From: Raja brachyura
Taxonomy: Eukaryota
NCBI GenBank assembly: GCA_963514005.1
Contig: OY740804.1
Location: forward strand, 19,592,001-19,656,000
Direction of reading: 5' to 3'
Length of the DNA: 64,000 bases
Made by a program: the position numbers and the translations under genes
The notes under the pieces: model-generated
What the model was told of the DNA's origin: nothing
The model's input: the letters and a program-made list of their open reading frames with translations, nothing else
The model's database searches: none
Part shown: one piece after another, positions 36,368-49,460 of the stretch
How the letters are laid out: every line of letters starts with the position of its first letter
Numbering within the stretch: the stretch's first letter is position 1

Positions 36368-38283
36368 TCCCCCTCTCTCTCCCCCTCCCCCTCCCCCTCT
36401 CCCAGCACCGCCGCCTCCCTCGCACTTTGGCCTGGCAGTTGCTGGAAGCTCCAACCCCCCCATCGGATACATATTAAACATATTTTAAATATAAACCAAT
36501 ACATTGACCGTTGCCTAGAGGTCATAAATCTAGTAACTGTTAGGTATTAGCTTTAAAAAAGAGCGGATTAGTATTAGTTGTTAACATTAGGTGTTAGGTT
36601 AAAGTAAACGGTTTAGTATGTTTGTTAGTTTTTTATGTGTTAGTGATAGAATTACTTATATAATTTGTTACTATGTTATAACGTAACCATCGGTTTAAAT
36701 TGTTTTCAATGCTGCGTAATTCAAGAATCTTGAACCTTCTCTTGATAAACACGAGGTCCTTGAACAATCTATCCACTTACATTCCAATCTATCTCTGATA
36801 AGTTTGTCTAGACATGAATGCATGTGAGTTTGTCACCCATCTTATTTGCAGGTTTTATATATTTTTTTAATGTAAAGAAACATATTCTATCAGTTTAGCC
36901 CTTATAATTACATATAAAAGGCGTATATTAATATATGTTGATATAATATATGCCTTGGCATTCTACTGATCTTTTATGGTCTTTTCTTTTAAATCTTGCA
37001 CATATTTGAATGCATCTTCTGGGTCAATAAAGAAACTCTCTGAACTTTCATATGTGACCCTTAATTTGGCAGGATACATTATTCCATATCTCAGGCCTGG
37101 AATGTCTTTAAGAGTAAGACGTATCTTTATGAAAAGCGCTCGCTTCTTGACCACCACTGCTGGATAGTCTCTGAAGAATCTTATGTTTTCTCCTACAAAT
37201 ATCAGGGTTCTTGTGGTTGTCACTTTCTTCATGATGTCTTCAAGAGCAGCTATGTCATTTAGTTTAAGAATAATCTGTCTTGGTGGGGCTCCAACCCCTG
37301 ATTGGGCTCACTGGACTCGATGTGCTAGATCAACTGTAGGACTCTCAGGCAGATTAATACCAGTTGAAGTAAGTTGGCAGTGAAAACCCGAGGGTCTTTT
37401 CCAGTTTCCTTCCCTTCTTTCACTCCAACAATTCTTAAGTTTTGATGTCTGGACCGGGCTTCCAGATCTAGGCATTTGTCGGTCATTCTGGCCAGTTGCC
37501 CAGAAACACAGTCTCGGTCTTCCTTCAGTCTTTGCATTGTATCAGAGATGTCCGTAGTAGTGACTTCAAGTTCTCTGGTAGCTTTGTTTTGTTTTTTTGA
37601 AGTGAGAAGAATGGGCTCCATCTTTTTGCTAAGGTCTTCTTCCACCCTTTTGATTTCTTCTTTCAGAACAGTATTTACCTCTTCGATACGATCATGTAGA
37701 GTGTCAATTTTTCCACAAATTTCCTTATTCCCGACATCCATTCTTGTTTCTATCTTTCCCAGCTTATCAGTCAAAATATCACCAAAGTCCTTTACCATAG
37801 CCTGTCTTAAAGATTGTTCTGTGCTACCACTGCACTCTGTATTTATTTTTCTATATCGCTATCACTAAGAACGACGCTAAACTGCATTTCGTTGTACCTA
37901 TACTTGTATTTGTGCAATGACATTAAACTTGAATTGAATTGATGAATTTTACATTTTGTTCCATGGTAGAAATGAGTCCTTCTTCAGATTCTCCCTGAGA
38001 TTCTTCAGAGGTTACCTTCTCCAGGTCTTGAACAACCTCCAGTCGAGTTCTTTGCCTTGTCTGAATCGAGCCGGCAAAGTCCGTTTATTTATTTAAAAAT
38101 ACCGGTATTCAGTCGGTATACGGCGATATCTGATTACGTTATTTACGCGACGTCGGGTATCTGCTGGTAAGTATTTTCAAATTGGCCCATTTTCTTTTCC
38201 AGGAGTTTTAATGTGTTTTAGCGCATTTAAGGAGCGGAGCTAAAAAGGACGCCTGCTTTCTACTCCATGACGCCACCGGAAGT
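35900..38283 (-). mobile_element. L1-clade LINE 5' portion (5' UTR, broken ORF1, inter-ORF spacer; ORF2 absent)
   Basis: Coiled coil and DLEARSRHQNLRIVG (37325-37798); IRFFRDY..YPAKLRV (36963-37232); 5' end ACTTCCGGTGGCG. Confidence 0.85.
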
Positions 38284-38881
38284 TGTTATGAAATTCCATT
38301 TCAAGCATAGTGCAGGCGGCCAAATTCAAATGAAGTTTCCTGCCATTTCAAGCAGGCTCCAATGCCACCAAATTCAAATGCATTTTCCAACCATTTCAAG
38401 CAGGGATCAAGGCCGCCAAATTCAAATGCAGTTTCCTACCATTTCAAGCAGGGTGCAAGGCCACCAAATTCAAAAGCAGTTTCATACCATTTCAAGCAGG
38501 GTGCAAGGCCACCAAATTCAAAAGCAGTTTCCTACCATTTCAAGCAGGTTGCAAGGCCACCAAGGCGACCTCTCCCTCACCCATCTTGCAGAAACTGAGC
38601 CACGCCCACATTTCTGGGTTTTATAGTCCCTCCCCCCTCCCACCGAAAGGGGTGTGGCCTTCATGGCGGTGATTGACAGAAGAGAGAATCTCAACATTTT
38701 TTAAACACTAATAACTCCTTTATTTTTCATCGATGGGAAAAATCCTCCTGTCCTTCGCAACGAAGGGGGACTCTTTGAGTAAGATGCCCAAAAATCACAG
38801 CCATAAGTGGTAGCGCCTTTTCTTAAATCAATATGCAGTGCAAACAGGAAGTGGTCAAGATGAGACTTTTAATTATATAGA
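38284..38881 (-). mobile_element. Helitron-like 5' portion with an internal 48-bp tandem repeat (38290-38560)
   Basis: 5' end TCTATATAATTAAAAG on the minus strand; the repeat unit is related to 41935-42058. Confidence 0.55.
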
Positions 38882-39045
38882 TATAATTGAGAAGGAAGTC
38901 ATAATTAGTCAGTTCCAAAAGTTGCACATTAATTAATTAAACAAATTAGAAAATTAGATCGAAAAAGTAAACGCCATTTAGTGTCCAATGCCCATATTAC
39001 ACAATGTGGAGAGTAATTCCGGGCTGCGGTATATCTATCTATCTA

Positions 39046-42000
39046 TCTATATATTAAAACTCTGTGTGTGAGTGTGTCGGCTTTGTGGGTGTATGTCACA
39101 TTCCATTTTTTTTTCAGATAAGATTTTTGCCCTTTGATTCCATTGTCCGCCAAAAGCACATGCTCAAACTCTGTTATTTTGTCCATTTTGCTAGCGATTT
39201 CGCATGTACATTCACGGATTTACTCCTCATTACATTTAGACATTTTTATTAACACATTTTTTAATAAAATACTCCCCCCCCCCCCCCCCCCCCACACTCA
39301 TTTTAAAATCGAAACGGCTTCACGAGCTGCTTGTCACAATCCCATATGCCGACCAATCCCAAGCCGCTTCTCTCAATTCATTTGGCAGCCGGCTCCCCCT
39401 CCCTCCAACTACGCTTGCGCCTCCCGCAGCTGGACTCACCCACTCCAACCCCCCCCCCCCCCCAACTATGCTCGCGCCGCGCCTCCCGCAGCTGGAATCG
39501 CCCGTGCGCGCCCGCTCAAAACCCCCCTGTTCTCAAAATGCTCTGCCGATCGGGAGGAGAGATAAGGCGTCAGTTCCGCGAAACTGGCGCAGCTCACGAA
39601 GCCCCGCCCGGCTGCGTGCCCCCCCCCCCCCCCCCCCCCGTCCCTTGCGCGCTCCAGAGAGTCACAAGCAGGATCTTTGGTCAGAAGCCCACAGTTCCAT
39701 TCTCACGCCGGCATGCTCTGCAAATCGGGAGATGAGATAAGGCGACGGACGGGGTAAGGCCCGATCCTGGGGAGGTGAAGAGGGGGGGTCGGGGCATTGA
39801 GGGAGATGAGGGAATAGGGAGGGAGAGGGGGGAATGGGGGAGGTGAGGAGGGAGAGTGTGGGAATAGAGGAAGAGGAGGGGGGGTAATAGGGAGTGGGGA
39901 ATAGATGAACTGCCCCCACCCCTCTCCCCCTCCCTCCCCACTCTTCCCCCTCTCAACCTCTCTCCCCTACCCCATCTCCTCTCCCTCCCCTCTCTCTCTC
40001 TCTCCCTCCACCCTCTATCCCTCCCCCTCTCTCTCTCTCTCCCTCTCACTCTCTCCCTCCCCCCTCTCTCCCTCCCCCCTCTCTCCCTCCCCCCCTCTCC
40101 CTCCCCCTCTCTCCCTCCCCCTCCCCCCCCTCTCCCCCTCTCTCTCTCCATCCCCCCTCTCGCTCCCCTGCTCTCTCTCTCTTCTCTCTCTCATTCCCCT
40201 CTCTTCCCTCCTTCCTCTCCCCTGCCCTCCCCTAAACCCCCCTCCACCCCTCCCCTACCCCCTGCCCCCTTCACTCCAGCCCTTCCTTTCCGTTCCCCCC
40301 ACCTCTCCCCCTCCCTTCCCCCCACCTCTCCCCCTCCTTTCCCCCCACTTCTCCCACTCCCTTCCCCCCACCTCTCCCCCTCCCTCCCTTCCCCCCACCT
40401 CACCCCCTTCCTTCCCTTCTCCCCCCCCTCAGCCCCCTTCTCTATCCTCCCATCTCTCATCGGCCACATGTATGTAGCCCGCAACTGGTCCCGAAGTGGC
40501 TCCAGCTCCAGCCGTGGGCAGCTCTGGAAGGGGGGGGCAAGTAAGGGTTAGGCATTTTGCTGTCAGTGGAAGATGCCTTAGCCTTCCCCCACCCTGGCAC
40601 TGCCCCAGTCCCACTATGGCCTTGTCCCCCACTCTGCACACTGGCAGTCAGTGGGGTTCAGTAAACGGGGGAACTGCCATCACCAATTCAGGAGCCGGGC
40701 CTCTGCCGCAGTCTCATTCAAAATACCCACTCACAATTATATTCATATTATTTTTATATAAATACTAGACCAAGTTGTGGGGGGGGGGGGGGGGGGGGAG
40801 GGGGGGCGAGGAGGCAGGTGGCCAGGTGCAAAGGCATTGTGAGGTCAGCAGCTGGGCAACCGCTATCTCTCTATCTCTATTATCTCTATCTCTATCTCTA
40901 TCTCTATTATCTCTATCTCTATCTCTATCTCTATCTCTATCTATCTTTGATTCCATGGTCTGCCAAAACCAGACGCGAAAACGCCGTTATTTTTTCCATT
41001 TCGCTAGCTATTTCGCTTATTTTAAAATAAAATACACCCCCCCCCCCCCACCCCACACACATTCACTCATTCAATCGAAACGGCACCTCATGAGCTGCTT
41101 ACTTCACAATCCCACATGCCCACCAATCCCAAGCCGCTTCTCCCTCTTCATTTGCCAGCCCGGCTCGACCTCCCCCACCCCCCCCCACCCCCCCCCCACC
41201 ACCCCCCCCCCACCACCCCCCCCCCCACCCCCGCCAACTACGCTCGCGCCTCCCGCAGCTGGACTCGCCCGCGCGCTCCCCCCTCCAAATATACGCTCGC
41301 GCTTCCCGCAGCATGAGTCACGCCGGCTAACCCCCCCCCCCGTTCTCTGAATGCATTGCCGATCGGGAGGAGAGATAAGGCGTCAGTTCCACGAAGCTGG
41401 CGCAACTCGCGAAGCCCCGCCCGCCTGCGCGCCCCTCCCGTCCCCTGCGCGTTCCAGATTGTCACAAACAGGTTCATTGGTTTTAAGCCCACAGCTCCAC
41501 TCTCACGCCGGCATGCTCTGCAGAGCGGGAGGTGAGATAAGGCGACGGGCGGGCGGGGTAAGGCCCGATCCCGGGGAGGTGAATAGCAGGAGTCGGGGGA
41601 TTGAGGGAAAGGAGGGAGTAGGGAGGGAGAGGGGGGGAATGGGGGAGGTGAGGAGGGAGGGTGTGGGAATAGAGGGAGAGGAGTGTGGAATAGATGGACT
41701 GCTCCCACCCCTCTCCCCCTCTCTCCCCACTCTTCCCCCTCTCTCCCTTATCCCTCTCACCCTCTCTCCCCTACACCATCTCCTCTTCCCTCCCCCTTCC
41801 CTTCCCCCCCTCAGCCCCCCTTCTCCATCTTTCACAACTATGATTCTAAGCTGTGAATAAACTGAACTGTGAGTCTGCAATGTACTTGCAATAAATGATT
41901 TGTTAGCCCTTAATGGCAATGTAATGAGTTGTTTGGTAATTTGGTGGCCTGCACTCTGCCTGAAATGCTATGAGATTGAATTTGGTGGCGTGCACTCTGC

Positions 42001-42510
42001 CTGAAATGCTATGATATTGAATTTGGAGGCCTGCACTCTGCTTGAAATGGAATTTCAGGGAATAGCCGTGAGTGAACTGCCAGCCCACCAGCCCTGAGTA
42101 ACTGAATTGCCAGCCCACCAGCCCTGAGTGACTGAGCTTCCAGACCACCAGCCCTGAGTCACTGAGCTGCCAGCCCACCAGCCCCGAATGACTGAGCTGC
42201 CAGCCCACCGGGCCACAGTGACTGAGCTGCCAGCCCACCAGCCCTGAGTGACTGAGCTGCCAGCCTACCAGGCTGAGTGACTGAGTTGCTAGCCCACCAG
42301 GCCTGATTGACTGAGCTGCCAGCCCAAGAATCCATTCGGCCCACAAGGCCCATTCTAGTCCTCTGGAAACCAGTCCCTTCGGCCCACAACACCCATACTA
42401 GGACTCCAGAACCCCCCCCCCCCCCCCCCCCACTGGTCACCAATATTGGAATTGGAGGGGACCATCCCTCCCGTGTGAATCAGGGACCCAACAGGTCCCA
42501 CTTAGTCTAG
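39046..42510 (+). mobile_element. Composite of non-autonomous Helitron-like elements
   Basis: 5' A|TCTATATATTAAAAC; 3' hairpin GGGACC-CAACA-GGTCCC, then CTAG|T at 42507-42510; two related internal blocks (about 39130-40460 and 40925-41830); no TIR or TSD seen. Confidence 0.65.
42060..42325 (+). repeat. 30-bp minisatellite (GCCCTGAGTGACTGAGCTGCCAGCCCACCA), ~9 units
   Basis: Direct tandem array. Confidence 0.92.
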
Positions 42511-45169
42511 TTACCTTTATTCCTTGGAAACCTTGCTATTGTTTTGATGTAATTAGGAGGCAGACATGATCCCAGAGTCCCCGCTGCCTAGCGACCATAA
42601 AACTAAGTGTGGAATTGGTCAATTTGCATCCAACCTCAATGTCAAACGTGCATTGATTGGACAATTACTACTCGGAAAATTGGATGTTTTCTCATATTTT
42701 TAAAAAATGTGCAGGTTTTAGTCTTGACGAATTTCAGGTATGATTTAAATAATATTTTTACACAATATGTTAAAAATTCAGGTAGTTCCGTGAGTTGGAT
42801 CACGAACTTGAACGAGAAAGCTCCTCGGCCCACGGCTTACCATTGGTCGCTGGGGCTCGGCTTTCGCCGGCGCCAGGGGGGTTGGCCAGCAGCTGGGGCT
42901 GGCGCTTCTTCTCCGCGCTGGCTGTGGCCTGGGGCCGTTGATGTCGTCGGTCCAGGGCTGTCAGTTGGCCCGGTGGGGCAGGTGGAGTTGAGCTGGGGTC
43001 AGAGCTTATCTCTGTGCTGGCTGTGGGCCTAGGGCCACTGGTGTCGTCATTCCAGGGTTACCCCGGATATCTCCGGCCGCCCCCCCGGGCGGGGATGAGA
43101 CACTTGAGGGGGGGGGGGGGGGGTCCAGTGGTGGTTCGACAGCGCTTCTGGTGCTGGGTCCCAGAATAGATCCTGGCTGTGGATGAGGCGAGTGTCTGTG
43201 TGCGGACTCTCCCGTCTCCCGCTCGCATCTGCGCCCCCTCTATTGCTGTGACACCCCGCTTTCCCACTACCTGTTCCTTTGGGGGGGATGAGGAGTTGAC
43301 CATTCATGGGAGTTTCTCTGGAATCGAGCATTCAGTCTTGCTGAGCAGGAACCTACCCTGTGAAGAGTGTGACACATTCACACTCTTCAGCACCACCCAG
43401 TCAATATTTACGCAATGGCTGAGAAATAACTAGTAACATTCACACAGTGCCAGGCGATGATCATCCTCAACAGGTGCATCTTACCACCTGCCCCCAATGT
43501 TTATTGATATTTCCATCATCCAGTCCCGCCCATCAACAAGCTGGGGACATGATTAACCTGTAACTCCAATTGACACCATGGCTACAGGAGCATGTGAGAC
43601 ACTGGGTCTCCTCTGGGAGACAGTATGAAAGGAGGCTCTCCACTCTCCACTATTTATTGATTATAGCTCAACATTCACACCATAAACCCATCCAAACTCA
43701 TCTACAAACTCCTTGACCTAGGAGTTGCAGAGAAAAAGTCCAATGTCCGCAATGAGGCAGATTAAAATATCAGTCTCCACTAATTACAATGCTGAGAAAA
43801 TATATTCTGCACTCTGGCATTTTTCTCTTTGCTCTACCTGTTGTGCTTGATTGACTGTATTCATGTACTGTATTATCAGGTTTGATTGGATAGAACAAAA
43901 GCAAAAGCTCAAAGGCAACTAATGGTGGGTGATAAATGTTCAGCTTGACAGTCACATCAAGATTCTTGTAAAATGAAAAAAAAACTCTTCCCGACGTCTC
44001 TAAAGCCGATCAGCCCGACACCCCTCTGAGATCTCCAAGCTCCTCCAGCACCAGTACTCCCCCCCCCCCCCCCCCCATATCTCTGTAACCTCCTCCATTT
44101 CCGCAGATGCCCAGCAACAGAATGATTTGGAAGAAGCTTTTAGAGATTTTATTATAAAATATCTAGATTAATGAATTACATAAAAATCTGAAGTAACTTA
44201 ATAAAAAACCTGCTGTACACACTGGGCAGGTCTGTAGAGAAAAATTCAGATGAAACCCTTTGGACCTGGTACAATAACTCTGTGATGCTGTCTGACCCAC
44301 TCGATGTCTGACAGTGAACAGGTGAATAATGTTCCCAGTGTCTGGTGCACCACAGCACCAGGTAGTGAAAGGCTGTGTAAGAGTGGCTTCACTGATGAAA
44401 TGTTCACCGGTTAGTGTTTAACGTAAAACAGCAGCAATAAGCCATTGGCAATAGGTGACCCTGCTTCAGCCCTAGAGAGCGGGACCCAGGAGCTTTAGGG
44501 AGGTGTAGACAGTCCCTGGCCTCTTCCCATAGTCATGGGGAGAGGAGTGCCAGAACCTGGGTGGGGTCTCGACCAGAAACATCACCCATTCCTTCTCTCC
44601 AGAGATGCTGCCTGTCCCATTGAGTTACTCCAGCAGTTTGTGTCTGCCTTGGAGTCTCCCTTTAATTGTCTTTGGTTCCTCACCCGGTCCTGACCTCTGG
44701 CACTTTCCCCCGGGATGTAAATAAATGAAAACTAAAACTGGGACAAATGTCTCTGGAGCATCTGTGGAACATCAGTGGAGAAACAGTCAGTAACACAGAG
44801 CACAGAGCAGGTATGGTAACAAACCACAGTTTGGGATAGTCAGGGAGACTTGGGGTGGAATCACCACTGGTCAATGTAGAACCCCTGGTGTCGAACACGG
44901 TTCCTGCTCAGAGGGCCAATGAGAAAAAGGATCGAGGTTCCAGTCGGACGGAAACACCCCCACCATCCTCCCTTTGCACTGGAGATGGGCATTGTTCCCC
45001 AGTAACTGGGCACGTGCAGAGGCATTCACTGCCCAATGTAGGTAGCAGATGTCCGTGAGCTGGAGTCTCTCTGTCAAGAGGTGACTGAGCTGATGTCTCT
45101 TCTCAGTCGGTGTCTGCGAGTGGGATCTCTCTGTCTGAGCTGCCGAACCACGTCCAATCCATTCTTCAA

Positions 45170-45189
45170 TCACAGCATCGCTGCCATTT
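45170..45189 (-). CDS. Inverted paralog, terminal coding exon (EMAAML-stop)
   Basis: Reverse-complement homolog of 31765-31784. Confidence 0.5.
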
Positions 45190-45424
45190 CTGTAGGACAG
45201 AGAGCAGAAGTGAGGAGACCAGTGAGTGCCCATTGACTGACACTTCTCAGTGTCCCCATTCTAACCCCTCTTCCCTCACAAAGCAGCAGCTCAATACCAA
45301 CTGTCCCTGTCCCACTTGACACATGCACCCCCGGGGCTTACCCTTGTGTGTCTGCCCATTCCGAGACCCAAATCGTCACAAAATGCCATGGAAAACGTTG
45401 AGATGACAACACACGCCCCATCAT

Positions 45425-45915
45425 CACAGTAACTGGGGGTGGTGGACAGTGTACCCCAGTAACTGGGCCTGTGGGGGACAGTGTACCCCAGTAACTGGGT
45501 GTGTGGGGGACAGTGTACCCCAGCAACTGGTCGTGTGGGGATTCTTAACCCAGTAACTGGGTCTGTGGGGACAGTGTACCCCAGTGACTGGGTGTGTGGG
45601 GGAACAGTGTACCCCAGTAACAGGGTGTGTGGGGGAGTGTACCCCAGTAACTGGGTGTGGTGGACAGTGTACCCCAGTAACTGGGCCTGTGGTGGACAGT
45701 GTACCCCAGTAACTGGGTGTGTGGGGGACAGTGTACCCCAGCAACTGGTCGTGTGGGGATTCTTAACCCAGTAACTGGGTCTGTGGGGACAGTGTACCCC
45801 AGTGACTGGGTGTGTGGGGGAACAGTGTACCCCAGTAATAGGGTGTGTGGGGGAGTGTACCCCAGTAACTGGGTCTGTGAGGACAGTGTACCCCAGTAAC
45901 TGAGTGCGTGGGGGA
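45425..45915 (-). repeat. Shorter, more diverged copy of the 32-bp intronic minisatellite
   Basis: Reverse complement of the unit at 30200-31530. Confidence 0.9.
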
Positions 45916-46022
45916 CTGTTCTGTCATTTCCCACCTGTGGCCCTTTCTCAGTTCCTGGTTCCACTACGGTGTGTCAGTGATGGGCTACAGGAGACCCCCG
46001 CTGGGGCCTTGCTGTTGCTTAC

Positions 46023-46082
46023 CGTTCCTGTTCGTCCCATTGTTCTGGCCAAGCGTGGTGACTGGTTTTGGATTCCACAAGA
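46023..46082 (-). CDS. Inverted paralog, cytoplasmic exon (LWNPKPVTTLGQNNGTNRN), open
   Basis: 60 nt, AG/GT bounded; homolog of 30067-30126. Confidence 0.6.
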
Positions 46083-46368
46083 CTGTAGGGGGATGAACAC
46101 AGGTTACAAGACTGTAATCAGCGATCTGCTTAATGAGACCCTCTCTCCAACTCCACATTACAAATCCTGCCCCATCTTCCATTCTCTGCCCATCCCTCTC
46201 ACAACCCTGCACCTCCCACCTACTCCTCTGAGTCTCCTCTCTCCTGCCCTTTCTATCATCTTGTCCACATTCCCTGCCCCTCCCCTATCTGCTCCTCCCA
46301 CCCTTCCTACCCCTTGTTCTGCACTCCCCTGATGACCCTACACTCCCCAGATTGGCACAGACACTCAC

Positions 46369-46548
46369 GGGTACAGAATGAAGCACAGCTCTTTGGATCC
46401 TCTTGGCGCCAGTCGACCCAGCCGGCACGTAGCTCGGCCCACGTCACATGTCTTGCATTCAGCATGCAGCGGTAAGCGATGAAGAAGACTACAATAATCG
46501 CAATCAGAACCCCAATGGCGATCAGCATTATCACCCACCACCGCAATC
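46369..46548 (-). CDS. Inverted paralog, transmembrane exon
   Basis: 180 nt, AG/GT bounded; WWVIMLIAIGVLIAIIVVFFIAY; 7 aa differences from 29601-29780. Confidence 0.8.
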
Positions 46549-47588
46549 CTGTAGTTGGTGAGGAGAAAAGACTCAGTTACTCCAAACCCATCGTCGCTCC
46601 CAGCGACACGGCGTGGACAGATCCACTCCCACCCCACCCCAGTATCATGCCCCCACTGCCACTCCCATCTCTCCCCACTAAACTCCAAACCAGTGCTGCC
46701 ATCATGTTTCCTCTCCCTGGACAGCCAGGCCTCTTGGGCACGTCCCAGTGGCCAGAACTACATCAGCAACAGGTTGCACGGCCACAGTAGCGCAACCATC
46801 TCCCATCTGCCACAAATCCTCACCCCACCTTAGACTCCCCCTTATTTCAACACATTCCCTCCCTGTATACAGTCTGCCCAATCATTAGAATCTCATAGAT
46901 TAGATTATTTTGAATTCAGTGAATTCAGTGGTCTTACCAGCCCAATCTCCCAGAGACCACTCAGTCATACTGCATGGAAACATGCTTTTCAACCCAATTT
47001 GCCCATGCCGACCAAGAAGGCCCATCAACACTAGTTCCACCTGCCAAAATTTGAAGAAATATTATATAATACAATTGCTCAGATAATAACGTTCATGTGA
47101 GGAACTTATTTTAAGTTGCAAGAGAAGGGCTTGGAGTTGGGGTTTTCAGAAATATATGTCCCCACAAAGAAATAAAGTGCAGAGAACACACACACATGAG
47201 ACCAGATGGCTTATCATAACATGGAAATGTTGATCTGAATAGGCATAATTTTATTTGCTTTGAAACAGCTATAACGCTGTCAGAAGTTGTATTTGGTTTA
47301 GTTTGGTGTTTAGAGTATAGGTTGATAATGGGGTATCTTCTCAAGACATGGGCACCATTTGCCATTTCTTTGTGACACATCTTTGTGCTCTGGTGTGTCA
47401 TAAAGAGGTTTTATGGTTGTCTATATTGGGTCTTAGACAGCAAGGCTAGATAATAATCTGTGATCTGGTTTGTGCTGTTTAAATGTATTTATGTTGAGAT
47501 AAGAGATAAGGCATAGGTGATGGTTGTGTGACCTTTGTAAAAGGGTGATTTCTTATGTTTATAGAAAACTGAGAAAGTAACTCAGTTT

Positions 47589-49460
47589 TAGAAACATAGA
47601 AACATAGAAAATAGGTGCAGGAGGGGGCCATTCAGCCCTTCGAGCCAGCACCGCCATTCATTGTGATCATGGCTGATTGTCCCCTATAAATAACCCGTGC
47701 CTGCCTTCTCCCCATATCGCTTGACTCCACTAGCCCCTAGAGCTCTATCTAACTCTCTCTTAAATCCATCCAGTGACATGGCCTCCACTGCCTCTGTGGC
47801 AGGGAATTCCATAAATTCACAACTCTCTGGGTGAAAAAGTTTTTTCTCACCTCAGTCTTAAATGACCTTCCCTTTATTCTAAGACTGTGGCCCCTAGTTC
47901 TGGACTCCCCCAACATTGGGAACATTTTTCCTGCATCTAGTTTGTCCAGTCCTCTTATAATTTTATATGTTTCTATAAGATCCCCCTGCATCCTTCCAAA
48001 CGCCAGTGAATACAAGCCTAGTCTTTACAATCTTTCCTCACGACAGTCCTGCCATCCCAGGGATCAATCTCGTGAACCTACGCTGCACTGCCTCAATCAC
48101 AAGGATATCCTTCCTCAAATTAGGAGACCAAAACTGTACACAATACTCCAGATGTGGTCTCACCAGAGCCCTATACAACTGCAGAAGAACCTCTTTACTC
48201 CTATACTGAAATCCTCTTGTTATGAAGGCCAACATTCCATTAGCTTTCTTCACTGTCTGCTGTACCTGTAAGCCAACTTTCAGTGACCGGTGTACAAGGA
48301 TGCCCAGGTCTCGTTGAACCTCGCCCTTACCTAACCTAACCCCATTGAGATAATAATCTACCCCCTTGTTTTTGCCGCCAAAGTGGATAACCTCACATTT
48401 ATGTATATTATACTGCATCTGCCACGCATCTGCCCCTCACTCAACCTGTCCAGGTCCCCCTACAACCTCCTAACATCCTTTTCACAGTTCACACTGCCAC
48501 CCAGCTTTGTGTCATCTGCAAACTTGCTAGTGTTGCTCCTAATCCCCTCTTCCAAATCATTAATATATATGGTAAACAGTTGCGGCCCCAACACCGATCC
48601 TTGCGGCACTCCACTCGCCACTGCCTGCCATTCTGAGAAGGACCCCTTCACTCATACTCTTTGCTTCCGATCTGCCAACTAATTTTCTATCCATGTCAGC
48701 ACCCTACCCCCAATACCATGTGCTCTAATTTTAGTCACCAGTCTCCCGTGCGGGACCTTATCAAAGGCTTTCTGAAAGTTTAGATACACTACATCCACTG
48801 GCTCCTCTTCATCCATTTTACTCGTCACATCCTCAAAAAATCCCACATTAGTCAAGCATGATTTCCCTTTTATAAATCCATGTTGACTTGGACTAATCCT
48901 TTTACTGCTATCCAAATCCCCATTATTACCTCTTTAATAATTGACTCCAGCATCTTTCTCACCACCGAAGTCAAGCTAACTGGTCTGTAATTCCCCGTTT
49001 TCTCTCTCGCTCCTTTCTTGAAAAGTGGGATAACATTAGCTATCCTCCAATCCACAGGAACTGATCCTGAATATATTGAACATTGGAAAATGATCAGCAA
49101 TGCGTCCACTATTTCTAGAGCCACCTCCCTGAGGACCCTGGGATGCAGACCATCAGGCCCAGGGGATTTCTCATCCTTCAGTCCCATTAGCCTACCCAAT
49201 ACTATTTCTCGCCTAATGCAAATTTCTTTCAGTTCCTCTACCCCCTAAGATCCTCTGTCCTCCAGTACAGCTGGGATTTTGTTTGTGTCTTCCTTAGTGA
49301 AGACAGATCAGAAGTACCTATTCAACTCTTCTGTCATTTCTTTGTTCCCATAATAATTTCACCCATGTCTGCCTTCAGGGGACCCACATTTGACTTTGCT
49401 ACTCTTTTTCCCTTAACATATCTAAGGAAGATTTTACTGTAACTTCTTTATATTCCTGAT
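47589..49460 (-). mobile_element. 5'-truncated CR1 LINE
   Basis: [36 protein letters not shown]; (TAGAAACA)n tail. Confidence 0.95.

Noticed and set aside
39681-41919. Pro-rich and Gly/Arg-rich ORFs
   Set aside because: Low-complexity C/T tracts within repeats.
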